From contig MNCI01002010.1 of NCBI GenBank assembly GCA_015680685.1, forward strand, positions 230,381-294,380: 64,000 nt of DNA. Reading direction: 5' to 3'. Below the pieces are notes generated by a model. The model saw nothing but the letters and a program-made list of their open reading frames with translations. It searched no databases and was not told the origin of the DNA. Below, in pieces: positions 62,201-64,000 of the stretch (position 1 is its first letter; every line of letters begins with the position of its first letter). A program made the position numbers and the translations under genes. This stretch comes from Gnetum montanum. Lineage: Eukaryota; Plantae; Gnetophyta.

Positions 62201-62930
62201 AAACTATTGAAAGTGGTTAACAGATGGTCAACAATCTTTGCTTGGTCATAACTTTGAACTCACTATGATTGATCCATAAATATGATAGCACCATATCTAT
62301 ATTGATTTGGCCATAAAGCCAAGGAGGAAGCCATAGTAGTAGTTGAACCCTAAATTAAAGTAAATTTCCAATGATAAAATAGAACAACTCCTCAAGGTGG
62401 GGTTCATCTATCTTATTGTGGATAGTGAGATGGTTATCCGACTCATGATTATGCCAAACAATGATGGCAAGTGGTAGGTTTGTATTGATTTCAATCTATT
62501 GAACATGGAAACATTCAAAGATCATTTTCTGCTGCCATTTGTTGATCAAGTGTTGAACAAAATTTCCAGACATTGCTATTATAGCTTTCTAGATGATTAT
62601 AGTGGCTCTAGCCAAATTCAAATTGCACTAAAGGATTAGGCCAAAACTACATTCACAAGTCCTTGGGGAACAATTTCATATCGAATCATGCATTTTGGTG
62701 TGTACAATGCTCCTTCTACATTTCAAAACTTGGTTTTGAGCACCTTTCAATAGCAAATTAGTAGTGAGATGGAAGTCTTCATGGATAACTTTACTCTTAT
62801 GGCACTACATTTGAGTAACCCTTGGACCACCTTGAGAAAGTATTAAAAAGATATGTGAAGATAAACCTATAGCTTAATTATTAAAAGAGACATCTAATGG
62901 TCAAAGGGAGCATAGTCTTTGGGCATAGAA
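56242..62930 (+). mobile_element. Athila-like element D (5' LTR 56242-57126, PBS, gag, PR, RT; continues beyond the next insertion)
   Basis: TGATG...CATCA; degenerate Asp PBS TGGTACCATTTTTAAGGA (57128-57145); gag homologous to element B; PR VLLDSYSNVNLI..IILGRAWL; RT KDHFLLPFVDQVL, TTFTSPWGT, FGVYNAPSTFQ, VFMDN. Confidence 0.88.
58011..59551. mobile_element. Unclassified ~1.5-kb insertion within element D gag
   Basis: Interrupts gag-like sequence; ends TGTAA...TTACA; GC-rich core; CCGTACCCATAC..GGCACCCTAG near the right end. Confidence 0.45.
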
Positions 62931-64000
62931 TGTGATAACTGTAACGACGGAAAACGTCGGCAGCTGGAAATACCGACCGAAGTTCCGTGTACACAGCCTT
63001 AACCACGGATCCGTGCGAGGGCTAAGCTGGAAAAAAACGAATCCGCGGTGCCCTGAACGGTCTTGTCGATCAGACAGGGACTTACGGGTCAGTAAAAACG
63101 ATGACGATTCGATTACGAACTTTCGTGCATGTGTCGTGATTTTAATGCGAGAGATCGTAAAAACGGAGCGGGACAACGATGTAAATAGATCGCTACGAAG
63201 ATAACGTTAAAAATAAAGAAGACCGGAAAGATGCTAATTCGGGAGAGAAAACGGAGTGGAGGTTGCAAAGATCAAAGATCTATGTCTCAATGCTGGATCT
63301 GGTGAATGTTTGTGTGTGTGTTACGTTACAATGGGAGAAGACTCCCCAACGACTGAATACAAGCTGAGCACAAAACAACAAGAAAACTGTTTGAACAGAA
63401 ATCCGATCTACCTCGTAGGCCAAAGCTTAGGCGCGGAAATGGTCAAGCTCTGAAGTCTATCGATCTTTTTGAACGACAGGACCTGCTAACTGGGCAAGAC
63501 ACCTCCGCGATTCCTGTTCTGCTTCTTTGCTTCGGGTGGATCTGCTGCTTTGGGCTCGGCGCGCTGCGTTCTGTTTCTGTTAAAGGATGGTGCTTGCGGC
63601 GGTTGTCAGGAGGTTGCTCTTGCTTCTCTGTTCAAGGTAACAGATGTGTCCTTGCTCAGTGAAATGCTCTTGTCCTCTTGATCTGCTGCCAACAAAAGTG
63701 ATGAGTGCTTAGGTGCTCTGGTTTTGCTCTGATTTGCTCTGATTTTTTTGCTCCGGTTTTGCCCCCTTTTTGCTCTCCCTGATATATTTGTCAACCGGGG
63801 TATTTGTAAGCCGCGATACGTGAAACCCTGATGATGTGGGCCCGAACGCCGCGGGTTTCGCTGATGCGATTCTTTTAAGTCGAACTGCGACTACGCACAA
63901 CATGCTTGTTTGCGTGCTGTGCGTGTAAAGAGCAGGCTTATGATAGATATGTCTCGGCTGCGTTTGTGCTCATTCGCGTTGTGTTGCGTGTATGAGCGCA
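62931..64000. mobile_element. Young CpG-rich insertion (probable LTR) interrupting RT of element D; runs off the window
   Basis: RT ..GSIVFGHR breaks at TG(TG)ATAAC; abrupt rise in GC and CpG; no coding domain recognised. Confidence 0.6.

Overview
A plant nuclear (large-genome, heavily methylated; possibly gymnosperm, which is only an inference) heterochromatic TE nest with no intact host gene. Order: (1) 3' end and LTR of an Athila-like Ty3/gypsy element (1-1002), inserted in the 5' LTR of (2) a degenerate SIRE-like Ty1/copia element (1003 to ~42620). That element hosts (3) a minus-strand Ogre-like Tat element (3087-32601, TSD ATAAG), whose RT hosts (4) a plus-strand Tat element with 3.1-kb LTRs (8404-20384), and also hosts (5) a pol-less Athila-like element (32653-40171, TSD CTTGT). 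Then come (6) a 5'-truncated Athila-like copy (to 45861), (7) a Tork/Tnt1-like copia (47467-52358), (8) a chimeric intronless RAD17 plus plastid aspartate aminotransferase retro-fragment, (9) a hAT BED-finger remnant, (10) another Athila-like element (56242 onward) with a 1.5-kb insert, and (11) a young CpG-rich probable LTR at the window end. Main discovery: between protease and RT of the Ogre-like element lies an antisense, 8-exon spliced gene (21904-26177, ~1089 codons). All seven introns are phase-consistent, there is no frameshift, and it is broken only by in-frame stops and one AG>AA acceptor. It is accompanied by an element-specific CAGCGTG/CACGCTG motif amplified in the LTRs, 5' UTR, antisense upstream region and first intron. 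All coordinates and translations were read by hand.
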